A program made the position numbers and the translations under genes. The notes under the pieces were generated by a model. The model was not told where the DNA came from and did no database searches. It was given only the letters and a program-made list of their open reading frames with translations. A stretch of DNA of 64,000 bases, taken from IMG/VR virus record IMGVR_UViG_3300029906_000003, positions 1-64,000 of that record; one strand, written 5' to 3'. Below are positions 39,295 to 48,376 of this stretch, in pieces. Position 1 is the first letter of the stretch, and the number at the start of each line of letters is the position of its first letter. The stretch is from a virus (taxonomy: Duplodnaviria; Heunggongvirae; Uroviricota; Caudoviricetes).

Positions 39295-40533
39295 ATGGTT
39301 AATCCTAAAACTGGTATGCGGGAACTTGCTTACGTTGTTAAAGTAGATTGTATTAATCCTCTCCCTGGGTATGACCGGGTTGAGCAGGCAGTCGTGGGTG
39401 GCTGGTGTCTGGTTGTGAAAAAAGACCAGTTTAAGCCCGGAGACCTTGGAATCTATTTTGAGATTGATTCCAAAGTTCCCGCTGTAGAACCCTTCCTGTT
39501 CCTTGAATCTAAACATTATAAGATTAAGACCCAGCGTATGTGTAAATCTATTTCGCAGGGTTTGCTTATGCATCCGTCTGATTTTGGTTGGACTTTGAAT
39601 GAAGATGGGACTATTAATGCGGATGGCGACACCCTTGCATTGGGCGATTTCTTGACTGCACGTCTTAACGTAACTTATGCGTCTGAAGAGGATAATGCGC
39701 GTAAGGGCATTAATCCTACTTCGTCTAAGTATCAGAGCATGGCCGCCCGCAACAAAGAACGCTTTAAGAAAGCTCCGTATCGTTGGCTTATGAAATATGA
39801 GCTTGGCCGCAAGTTTCTTTTCCTTATTTTTGGCAAGAAACGCGATACTATTCCCACTCACTTCCCAACTAAGTTCAATGGGGTATCTAAAACCGATTCT
39901 GAGCGGGTTGAGAATATGCCTTGGGTGTTGAAGGATAAGAGTCCTTTAATTGTAACTTCTAAGGTAGATGGCACTTCTAGCACTTTTATCTTAGAGAAGA
40001 AGCCTTTCGGCAAATACGAATATTATGTTTGTTCTCGTAACGTGAGACAGCTTGTCCCTGACCAGAAAAACTTTCATGCGGAAGATGAAAATGTTTACTG
40101 GGAGGTTAGTGACAAATTTCATATTAAGGAATTTCTTAAGGATTATATCGAAAAGAATAATTTTGCTTGGGCCGCAATTCAAGGCGAGACTGCGGGCATT
40201 AGTTTGAAGGGAGTTAAAATTCAGGGCAACCCGCATGGCTTAGGAGAACTTTCTTTCTTTGCTTTTGATTTAATTAACTCTAAGGAAGGCAAGGTAAATC
40301 CTGTTGAAGGTGAATATCTTGTTAGACCTTATGGAATTAATTGGGTTCCTATTATCTCAACCAACTTCATTCTTCCTGATACCATGGAGGAATTCAAAAA
40401 GCAGGCGGACGGGCCTTGTGACATTAAGCATTCAACCGGACTTCGCGAAGGGTTCGTCTATCGCCGCGCCGATAATCCGAACTTTAACTTCAAAAATGTT
40501 AGCAATCAATATCTGTTGAAGAAGAAGGAGTAA
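39295..40533 (+). CDS. RNA ligase (Rnl-like)
   Basis: nucleotidyltransferase motif I TSKVDGTS (KxDG); 412 aa; extended -10 promoter TGATATAAT upstream. Confidence 0.65.
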   Translation: MVNPKTGMRELAYVVKVDCINPLPGYDRVEQAVVGGWCLVVKKDQFKPGDLGIYFEIDSKVPAVEPFLFLESKHYKIKTQRMCKSISQGLLMHPSDFGWTLNEDGTINADGDTLALGDFLTARLNVTYASEEDNARKGINPTSSKYQSMAARNKERFKKAPYRWLMKYELGRKFLFLIFGKKRDTIPTHFPTKFNGVSKTDSERVENMPWVLKDKSPLIVTSKVDGTSSTFILEKKPFGKYEYYVCSRNVRQLVPDQKNFHAEDENVYWEVSDKFHIKEFLKDYIEKNNFAWAAIQGETAGISLKGVKIQGNPHGLGELSFFAFDLINSKEGKVNPVEGEYLVRPYGINWVPIISTNFILPDTMEEFKKQADGPCDIKHSTGLREGFVYRRADNPNFNFKNVSNQYLLKKKE

Positions 40534-40536
40534 TTT

Positions 40537-41331
40537 ATGGCTAATAGGATTTTTCTTTGTGGGGACATCCATGGGGATGCATCCCCTATTTTTGATTTTG
40601 CGAACAGAGTTAAATTAGACGAGACTGATTATATTATCTTTCTTGGTGACTTTGGTGCTAATTATTGGCTTGACCATAGAGATGATAAATTTAAGCAACA
40701 GATGGAAGAAATCCCTGGATATAAGATTGTTCTGCGCGGCAACCATGAAGCTAGACCATCCGAGCTAATGGAAACTGCAACCGCATTTGACAAATGGAAT
40801 ATAATTAATGTGACAGAATTAGCTATCCAAGGAAATTTCATTGTATAGAATAGATACCCTCATATTCTTTATATGAGCGATGGACCTTCTATTTATACTA
40901 TACGCGGCAAAACCATTATAACTCTCCCCGGCGCTTATAGTGTAGATAAATATTATCGTTTGCAGAAAGGTTGGCGCTGGTTTGAGCATGAGCAAATGAT
41001 GGAAGGTGAAATGAATATTGTCCGTAGTTGGATGAGAAATAAATTACATATTAACGGCGTTTTCTCTCACACTTGCCCGCTCAAATATGAACCAACTGAT
41101 TTGTTTTTGCCTATGGTTGACCAATCTTCTGTTGATAAGACTATGGAAAATTTCTTCGATGAAGTTGATGATAAACTTCGTCCAAACGTATGGGTATGGG
41201 GCCACTTCCATCAATATCGCGAGTACCCGCGCGGAGAGGACGGCCGCCGCGCCCTTATGCTATCCAATGATAAACTCGTTCTTTTTGACGAACTTTTTGA
41301 CAAAGAAAAAGACTCGTTGACAACTTATTAA
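40537..41331 (+). CDS. metallophosphoesterase (PPP/lambda-phosphatase-like) with 1 in-frame TAG
   Basis: Track ORFs 40537-40848 and 40873-41331 share a frame and are joined through the TAG at 40846. Motifs LCGDIHGD, GNHE, GHFH. Confidence 0.7.
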
Positions 41332-41409
41332 AAATATGATATAATTATTATAGAGAACAGAAAAAAGACAATTCTGTTCTCTATTGTTTTATAAAGGAGG
41401 AAATAAAAA

Positions 41410-41865
41410 ATGATTGTTAAGTGCATGGCTAGAAAAATTCTCGAAAAGAATATTAATAATTTTGATGTACCAACTATCATTATTTCTATTCGCAGTATTG
41501 GAGATAAACCTCCTAAAAAGCTTTTTCTTCATTCGAATCCTCAAGTAAAAGACTTCATCACCCTTGCTTTTGATGATGTTATTACTTATTGCCAAGGCTA
41601 TTATCCTATTACTGAACAGCAAGCCAGAAAAATTGCAAGATTTGTTATGCGCTATAAAGATAGTAGAGTAGAGCAAATTGTTGTCCATTGTGATGCGGGC
41701 ATTTCCAGGAGTGCGGGAGTAGCTGCGGCAATCGCTCAATATCTGAATGGAAATGACGATGACTTTTTTGTCAGAAGCCCATACCATCCAAATATGACTT
41801 GTTATTCTAAAGTGCTTTTTGCACTCCATGTTGCGGAGTTAGAGGAGGAAGATAACAATGGCTAA
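41410..41865 (+). CDS. Cys-based (CX5R) phosphatase, dual-specificity/RNA-phosphatase-like
   Basis: VVHCDAGISRSAG P-loop. Confidence 0.6.
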   Translation: MIVKCMARKILEKNINNFDVPTIIISIRSIGDKPPKKLFLHSNPQVKDFITLAFDDVITYCQGYYPITEQQARKIARFVMRYKDSRVEQIVVHCDAGISRSAGVAAAIAQYLNGNDDDFFVRSPYHPNMTCYSKVLFALHVAELEEEDNNG

Positions 41866-42274
41866 TTTTAAACAACTTAAAAAATACCAAAGAAAAATTA
41901 ACAAATTGGTTCGTGAGCTTAATAATATTTTAGCCGCAGACCCTTTATTTAATAATATTCATGTGAAATTTTTTAAACGAGAATATTATTATAAGCAAGA
42001 GCCAAAGACAGAATGTTTTATTCCTAAACAGGGGGTAGATTTTTTCTTGCTCTATACTAATGATTATAATAATAATGAATGGACATCTAACTTACCTTTT
42101 GAAAACACGACAGAAAATAAATTAGATGATGCTCTCAAACAATTAAGCTATTATATTCATCAATGGATGCCGGACTACCTTGAGCATACCTACCAATCAA
42201 TAGATGAAGATGAATGGAATGAGAAATGTTCTAATTCTATTGTATATAAATATTTAAATGAGGAAAATAATTGA
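41858..42274 (+). CDS. hypothetical protein
   Basis: ORF track. Confidence 0.5.
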   Translation: MANFKQLKKYQRKINKLVRELNNILAADPLFNNIHVKFFKREYYYKQEPKTECFIPKQGVDFFLLYTNDYNNNEWTSNLPFENTTENKLDDALKQLSYYIHQWMPDYLEHTYQSIDEDEWNEKCSNSIVYKYLNEENN

Positions 42275-42558
42275 TGAACAAGAATTTTGGAGAAGCTTCT
42301 AAATTTTATTGCACGAAATGCGGGAAAGAAGCTCTGCCTGTTTTTCGCACTTCTAAAAATCAGCGTGGGCCTGGGCATCTAAAAGTATTGTATTGCCCGC
42401 ATTGTAAAGATGTTCATAATTGTGTTGAGATTAAACCCATAAGTAATTATACAAAAGAAATTTTCAAGATTGAATTTGAAGGTCACAATTTTGATGAAAA
42501 AGGAAACAGAATTGTGCCTTGGGAGAAATTTATTAGAAAGAAGGATAATAATGGCTAA
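42274..42558 (+). CDS. zinc-ribbon protein
   Basis: CTKCG...CPHCK. Confidence 0.45.
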   Translation: MNKNFGEASKFYCTKCGKEALPVFRTSKNQRGPGHLKVLYCPHCKDVHNCVEIKPISNYTKEIFKIEFEGHNFDEKGNRIVPWEKFIRKKDNNG

Positions 42559-43102
42559 TTTATATATGATGATGGGCTTGCCTGGAAGCGGAAAAACTAC
42601 TTTTGCTCATACTTATTTTAAGCATCAGCCAGGGCCGCCCCCCGTATATATTTCCAGAGATGAAATTAGATTTGGAATCTTGGAAAAGTATAATATTGAT
42701 ACAGAAGATGAATACTTTGCTCATGAAGTAGAAGTCTATGAGAAATTCTGCAATCAAATTATTCTCTATCTTAAAAAAGGATACGATGTAATTGCTGATG
42801 CTACTCATCTTTATAATGCTTCAAGATGGAAGCTGATAAATCGTGTAAGTGATTACTATGATAAATGGATTATTATTTTTCTCAACCCTAATGTAAGAGA
42901 GTGCATTGAAAACAATAGAAAAAGAACAGGACTTGCGCGCGTGCCTGAAAATGTTATTTATCATATGAATCGTAATATGGAGTATCCTTCACTTAATAAA
43001 GATATGCTTGGGCGCGGCATCAATGAAATTTGGACTGTAACCCCTAAGTCAAAGAAATGGTGTATTGACGTACATACTTATAAGGAGATTTTGAATGAGT
43101 GA
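42551..43102 (+). CDS. P-loop polynucleotide-kinase-like protein (PNK/AAA_33)
   Basis: MMMGLPGSGKTT Walker A; start moved to the internal ATG behind an RBS. Confidence 0.6.
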   Translation: MANLYMMMGLPGSGKTTFAHTYFKHQPGPPPVYISRDEIRFGILEKYNIDTEDEYFAHEVEVYEKFCNQIILYLKKGYDVIADATHLYNASRWKLINRVSDYYDKWIIIFLNPNVRECIENNRKRTGLARVPENVIYHMNRNMEYPSLNKDMLGRGINEIWTVTPKSKKWCIDVHTYKEILNE

Positions 43103-43643
43103 GATATTCTTTACTTCTGATTGGCATTTTTGTCATGATAAACCTTTTATATACGAGAGTAGACATTTCTCTGATATTGAGTCAATGAATGAAAGCATTG
43201 TTGAAAACTATAACAGCTTAGTTTCTCCAAATGATACTGTTTATTGTCTTGGAGACTGTATGTTGGTGAATGATGCGGCCGCCCTTGCTTATATTAGACG
43301 CCTCCATGGCAATATTAAGCTAGTCCTGGGGAATCATGACACGGCTGCCCGCATAAAAAAGTATTCAGAACTGCCTAACATTGAAATTCTTGGCTATGCT
43401 TATATGCTTAAATTAACAAAAACAAAAAATGCTTTTCTTTGTCACTACCCAACTATTTGTGATAATGGCGATAATAAGGTATTTAGTTTACACGGACATA
43501 CTCATTCTCGCTATTGCTTTGAGATGGTTGATGCAGAGTCTGATAGATGGACTTTAAATGTTGGTATTGACGCATGGAATTGCTGCCCAGTTCATGTTAG
43601 CCAAGTAATTGATTCAATACAGAAAGGCCCTTGGGCAAATTAA
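43095..43643 (+). CDS. calcineurin-like metallophosphoesterase
   Basis: SDWHFCH, GNHD, GHTH. Confidence 0.65.
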   Translation: MSEIFFTSDWHFCHDKPFIYESRHFSDIESMNESIVENYNSLVSPNDTVYCLGDCMLVNDAAALAYIRRLHGNIKLVLGNHDTAARIKKYSELPNIEILGYAYMLKLTKTKNAFLCHYPTICDNGDNKVFSLHGHTHSRYCFEMVDAESDRWTLNVGIDAWNCCPVHVSQVIDSIQKGPWAN

Positions 43644-43696
43644 AATAATCTTTAAAGCCTTACTCCTATAAAAAATAGGGAGTGAGGCTTTTTATT

Positions 43697-44146
43697 ATGA
43701 AATCATATAGACAAAGAGCTGCAAGGATACAGCAAAAGAAAGAAGAATGGGAAAAAGAAAAAGTCCTATTACAAGAAGAATATAATCTTAAACAAGAGAA
43801 AAAGCTCTTTAAACAAAAGCAGAAAAAGAAATGGTTTGATAAACTAAGCAAAATAAAAAAGCCAAATACTTCTAAAATGTTAATTCTCTTTCTGTTTATT
43901 AACTGTACTCTTATTGAATTATTTTCTTGTGGAATTATCATTTACGCATTAACGTTATCAAAGACGACTATGTTAGCTGTTGATTTTTCACCCTTGACCG
44001 CATTGATTGGCGCTATTGTTACAGAAGTTATTGGATATGCGGTCTATTCTATTAAATCAATGAAAGAAAACACTAAGGGCGGCATTACTTATGAAACAGC
44101 AATATTGAATGGAGGTCAAGATAAAAACAATGAACAAAATGAATAA
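43697..44146 (+). CDS. membrane protein with an N-terminal basic region
   Basis: ORF track; two TM helices. Confidence 0.45.
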   Translation: MKSYRQRAARIQQKKEEWEKEKVLLQEEYNLKQEKKLFKQKQKKKWFDKLSKIKKPNTSKMLILFLFINCTLIELFSCGIIIYALTLSKTTMLAVDFSPLTALIGAIVTEVIGYAVYSIKSMKENTKGGITYETAILNGGQDKNNEQNE

Positions 44147-44451
44147 AATAACTGACTTTGAATTGAAGTTCTTTAACTTATTAAAAAATGAACTTAAAAC
44201 CCAATATAATATTGACGTTGCTATTGATTTACAAGAGGAAAATGGTATTACTGATATTTTTGGAGACAACATAATAAATGCAATATTGCAAGTTCTCTAT
44301 TAGCAAACTCAACCAGCAAAGAAAGTATTATATAATATACTCAAAGAATTTATTCCAAAAGAATTAAGATTTGAACAAATAGTTACTTTTGAAGAATTTA
44401 GTTCTTTGATTGACCATATTTTATAGATTCTAATTTAGAATTAAGGTGATA
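44130..44451 (+). CDS. hypothetical protein with 3 in-frame TAG codons
   Basis: track ORF 44109-44303 continues ..ILQVLY[TAG]QTQPAKKVLYNILKEF...HIL[TAG]ILI[TAG]N to TAA. Confidence 0.35.
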
Positions 44452-44454
44452 TAA

Positions 44455-45119
44455 TTGAGTGTACAAACATATTCATTAAGGACACAAGGAGATAATTTTT
44501 TAAGTAAGAATTTTAGAGTGCGGGAGTTTAAGTGCAATGATGGTTCGGACTCAATCTTAATTGACAGTGACTTAGTTAATGTTTTACAAAAAGTGCGTGA
44601 CCATTTTAATTAGCCCGTAACCATAAATAGTGCGTATAGAACACAATCATATAATCGAAAAGTGGGCGGAAGCAGCTCTAGTCAACATTGTAAGGGGACT
44701 GCCGCAGATATAGTTGTTAAAAATATTAATCCTTTGGCTGTTGCTTTATACATTGTTTCTTTACCCGAGTTTGCGGCAAAAGGTGGAGTTGGATATTATT
44801 CAAGAGCTAACTTAAAAAGCGGCTTTGTCCATGTAGACACGCGCAGCTATGTAAGTAGATGGATTAGTAAGGCTGGAACATCATATTTAAGCACTTCTAA
44901 AATTATGCCTACAATTAAACGCGGTCAGAGAGATGCCACTTCAAAAGGTAGAATTAGTTACGCTGTAACTGTATTACAACGTCACTTAAAGCTAACTGCT
45001 GATGGCATCTTTGGGACTAATACAGAAACAAAAGTAAAAGAATTTTAGAAACAAGCAGGTCTTACAGTTGATGGAATAGTAGGACAAAAAACTTGGGAAA
45101 AATTAGGAGGATTATAATT
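44455..45119 (+). CDS. endolysin: peptidase M15 (VanY/L-Ala-D-Glu peptidase type) plus two PG_binding_1 repeats, with 2 in-frame TAG codons
   Basis: FRVREFKC..DSDLVNVLQKVRDHFN[TAG]PVTINSAYR..SQHCKGTAADI; C-terminal LQRHLKLTADGIFGTNT..[TAG]..QAGLTVDGIVGQKTW; TTG start proposed. Confidence 0.65.
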
Positions 45120-45503
45120 ATGGAAAATGTTTTAGGCTTTTTAGTTGGAAACTGGGTTCTGATTATTTTATGTATCGCGGCCCTAGCTTATTTGATTTAT
45201 AAAGTTTATAAATTTACTAAGGCGCCCACTGACGTACAGATTGCAAACCTGAAAGAATGGTTGAAAGGTGCGGTTACAGAAGCGGAGGCGGCCTTGGGGA
45301 GTGGAACAGGCCAATTAAAATTAAGATACGTTTATGATTTAGCTATAGAAAAGTTTTCTTGGCTAGAAACATTCGTTACTTTTGAACAATTTAGCGCTAT
45401 GGTAGATGAAGCCTTAGACTGGATGGACAAACAGCTAAGTGATAATGAAGCCATCAAAACCTATGTTATTAATGGAGACATTACTCCTATTGAATTAGAA
45501 TAA
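45120..45503 (+). CDS. putative holin or membrane protein
   Basis: starts at ATG directly after the endolysin TAA with RBS GGAGGA; one TM helix. Confidence 0.4.
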   Translation: MENVLGFLVGNWVLIILCIAALAYLIYKVYKFTKAPTDVQIANLKEWLKGAVTEAEAALGSGTGQLKLRYVYDLAIEKFSWLETFVTFEQFSAMVDEALDWMDKQLSDNEAIKTYVINGDITPIELE

Positions 45504-45517
45504 AATAAAATAATAAA

Positions 45518-45548
45518 AAGAGGTAGGTTATATATCTACCTCTTTATC
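45518..45548 (+). terminator. rho-independent terminator
   Basis: gaggtaggttatatatctacctc followed by tttatctttt. Confidence 0.55.
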
Positions 45549-45688
45549 TTTTGTTAATAATTATGAACAGTTCTTGTATAAAATATTGACAAATTATGAA
45601 CAGGGTATGTCTATAAGTAAAAATAAAAGGTAAGAGATAGATATTTCTCTTACCTAATTTACTTTATCTAATAAGTACATATACTATT

Positions 45689-45709
45689 ATATATATATAT
45701 ATATATATA
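45689..45709. repeat. (AT)10 microsatellite
   Basis: atatatatatatatatatata. Confidence 0.9.
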
Positions 45710-45893
45710 CTAATACCTTTCCTCTGGAGTATTTAAAACCAATAATCATCATCGTCTCTCTCTGTTAATATTGTACCAAAAATTTTTTGGGTTGTCAAGA
45801 GGGGAATTTTTGAGACTAGGTACGAAGTAGCATAAATGAGGATAGATTTTAAGCAAAATATATGATATAATGAAAGAAAAAGGGGAAAAGAAT

Positions 45894-46415
45894 ATGAAAA
45901 AATATCTTCAAATATATACAGACGGTTCTAGTCGTGGTGATAGACAAGGTGGATATGGTGTGGTAGTTATTGAAAATAATGAAATACCTATTCTTATTGA
46001 GTCTCGTCAATTTAGCAACGTAACGAATAATCAAATGGAATTAATTGCAATATTAAGAGCTTTACAATTAGCTTGTAATGAATATAAAGATTGCAGAGTT
46101 TCTATTTATAGCGATTCTGCTTATTGCGTAAATATATGCACGGATTGGATTTATAAATGGGAGAAGAATGGCTGGTCAAGGTCAGCTACTAAAAAACAAG
46201 AGATAAAGAATTTAGAAATAATCCAAAAGATTTTTTCTCTTTTACCCACATCTCCGCTGGGCTTTAATATCTGTAATTACAGTATTAATAAAGTACGCGG
46301 ACATACGGGTATATTCGGGAATGAACTAGCTGACTGTGCGGCCACAGGCTGTAAAAATAAAATTAAAAAAGCCCTCGAAGAAAAACACGTTACACAATGT
46401 ATCCTTGATTTTTGA
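45894..46415 (+). CDS. rnhA: ribonuclease HI
   Basis: IYTDGSS, NNQMELIA, IYSDSAY, VRGHTGIFGNELADCAA. Confidence 0.75.
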   Translation: MKKYLQIYTDGSSRGDRQGGYGVVVIENNEIPILIESRQFSNVTNNQMELIAILRALQLACNEYKDCRVSIYSDSAYCVNICTDWIYKWEKNGWSRSATKKQEIKNLEIIQKIFSLLPTSPLGFNICNYSINKVRGHTGIFGNELADCAATGCKNKIKKALEEKHVTQCILDF

Positions 46416-46471
46416 CAGAAAATTATATATAATATGATAGATAAAATACATAAAAAAGGAGAAAGGTAGAC

Positions 46472-48376
46472 GTGTCAGAAAAAGATAAAAATCTATATGG
46501 AAAAGACTCGATTGAGTCATTGAACCCACGAGAGTTTACACGTTTGCGGCCGCAGGTATACGCAGGTGATTGCACTTATTCTACGCAATTACTCGTTGAA
46601 ATTATATCGAATGCAGTCGATGAATACAATATTGGGCATGGCCGCGATATTTTTGTAACAATAGATGAAGATATATGTGAAGTAAGAGATTGCGGCCAAG
46701 GCTTTATTCCAGGACTAATTCGAGAAGATGGAATATCAGTTCTTGAAGCCGCTTTTAGTGTTCTTAATACAAGCGGCAAGTTCAAAAATGATGGGGCCTA
46801 TGAAGGTACTTCACTTGGCAGCTTTGGGATAGGCGCAAAGATAACTAACTTCTTGTCTCATTGGTTTGAAGTTGAAACTTACAGAGACGGAAAAAGCGAA
46901 AAACTATATTTTGTTGAAGGATTGCGGCAAGGAGATATGGTTTTAAGCGAGACTAAAGAAAGGAATGGGACGAAAGTTAGGTGGCAACCGAGTGAAGAAT
47001 TTTTTACTCACACAGAAGTTGATATTAAAGTAATTAAAGACTTATTCAACACAATTAGTTGTCTGTGTCCTGGACTTAATATTCTTTTAACTTATAATGG
47101 AGAAGCCATTCAATATTATTCTAAGAATGGATTAAATGATTTGTTAAACGATAAAGTTAAAAATAATGAAATTATTAAGAATAGATTTAATGCGAATATT
47201 GTTTCTGGGAAGAGTCGTTTGAATTTAGTTCTCACTTATACAAATAGTTACACTAGTTCTATCATTCCTTATGTGAATGTCGGTTTTACAGAGTCGGGGC
47301 CGCACATTACACAAATAAAGACTCTTATTACAAGAGAATTAAATAAGTTTTTTCGCGAAAAGAAATGGTTAAAAGAAAAAGATGAAAATCTGTCTGGCGA
47401 TGACTGTCAAGAAGGTATGAATGTAATCTTTAATATTACTGCTTCAAATGTCGGATATGATGCGCAAGTTAAAAGCAGAATAACTAAGATAGATATTAAA
47501 GACTTACTTACTCAACTTTCTATTGATTTTCAAAAATGGTTAGTCTTAAATGAGAAAGACATTAAACAGATTGCAGATAAAGCTCTGAATGCGCGTAAAG
47601 CGCGTGAGGCCGCACGGAAAGCTAAAGAGGTAGTCCGTAATAAGGGAGAGAAAAAGCCTAAACTACTTACTCTTCCCACTAAATTGGTTGATGCATGGTC
47701 TAAAGATAGGTCTAAATGTGAATTAGCTATCACAGAGGGAGATTCAGCTGCTGCAGGATTGATTGAAGCCCGCGATAGTGAAACGCAAGGTGTCTTTCCT
47801 ATACGCGGTAAGATATTGTCTGTAATGAAAGCCACAGACGAAAAGATTTGGTCTAATCAAGAGATAGTGAATCTTGTTAAGGCGCTAGGATTAGATGTCG
47901 ACGCAAAAACACGGAAGCTTGTTTATGATAAGACTAAACTACGATATGATAAGATACTCATGTGCTGTGATGGTGATGCAGATGGCGAGCAAATACGAAA
48001 TCTTTTACTCACATTGTTTTGGGTATTATGTCCAGAGCTAATCATTAATGGTCATGTATATGCAACTTATCCTCCGTTATTTCGTATAACAACAGCTAAG
48101 AATGAATATATATTCTTAAAGGATGCGGCCGCACTTAATGAATACAAGAACGCACATCAAGGCGAAAAGTATCTAGTCTCACGAAATAAGGGACTAGGGG
48201 AAAGCGACGGGGACGAACTAAGATATTGTATACTTGACCCCGCCACGAGAAATATTGAACAAATGCAAGTGAATGATATTGAAGATACTGATAAGTTATT
48301 TGATATATTAATGGGGCCATCTGTCCCGCCAAGACGCGAATATATATTAATACACGGGGAGGAAGCGAGAGTTTAA
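46472..48376 (+). CDS. type IIA DNA topoisomerase, ATPase/TOPRIM subunit (GyrB/T4 gp39-like)
   Basis: GHKL ATPase N-terminus; TOPRIM motif EGDSAAAG. Confidence 0.8.
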   Translation: MSEKDKNLYGKDSIESLNPREFTRLRPQVYAGDCTYSTQLLVEIISNAVDEYNIGHGRDIFVTIDEDICEVRDCGQGFIPGLIREDGISVLEAAFSVLNTSGKFKNDGAYEGTSLGSFGIGAKITNFLSHWFEVETYRDGKSEKLYFVEGLRQGDMVLSETKERNGTKVRWQPSEEFFTHTEVDIKVIKDLFNTISCLCPGLNILLTYNGEAIQYYSKNGLNDLLNDKVKNNEIIKNRFNANIVSGKSRLNLVLTYTNSYTSSIIPYVNVGFTESGPHITQIKTLITRELNKFFREKKWLKEKDENLSGDDCQEGMNVIFNITASNVGYDAQVKSRITKIDIKDLLTQLSIDFQKWLVLNEKDIKQIADKALNARKAREAARKAKEVVRNKGEKKPKLLTLPTKLVDAWSKDRSKCELAITEGDSAAAGLIEARDSETQGVFPIRGKILSVMKATDEKIWSNQEIVNLVKALGLDVDAKTRKLVYDKTKLRYDKILMCCDGDADGEQIRNLLLTLFWVLCPELIINGHVYATYPPLFRITTAKNEYIFLKDAAALNEYKNAHQGEKYLVSRNKGLGESDGDELRYCILDPATRNIEQMQVNDIEDTDKLFDILMGPSVPPRREYILIHGEEARV

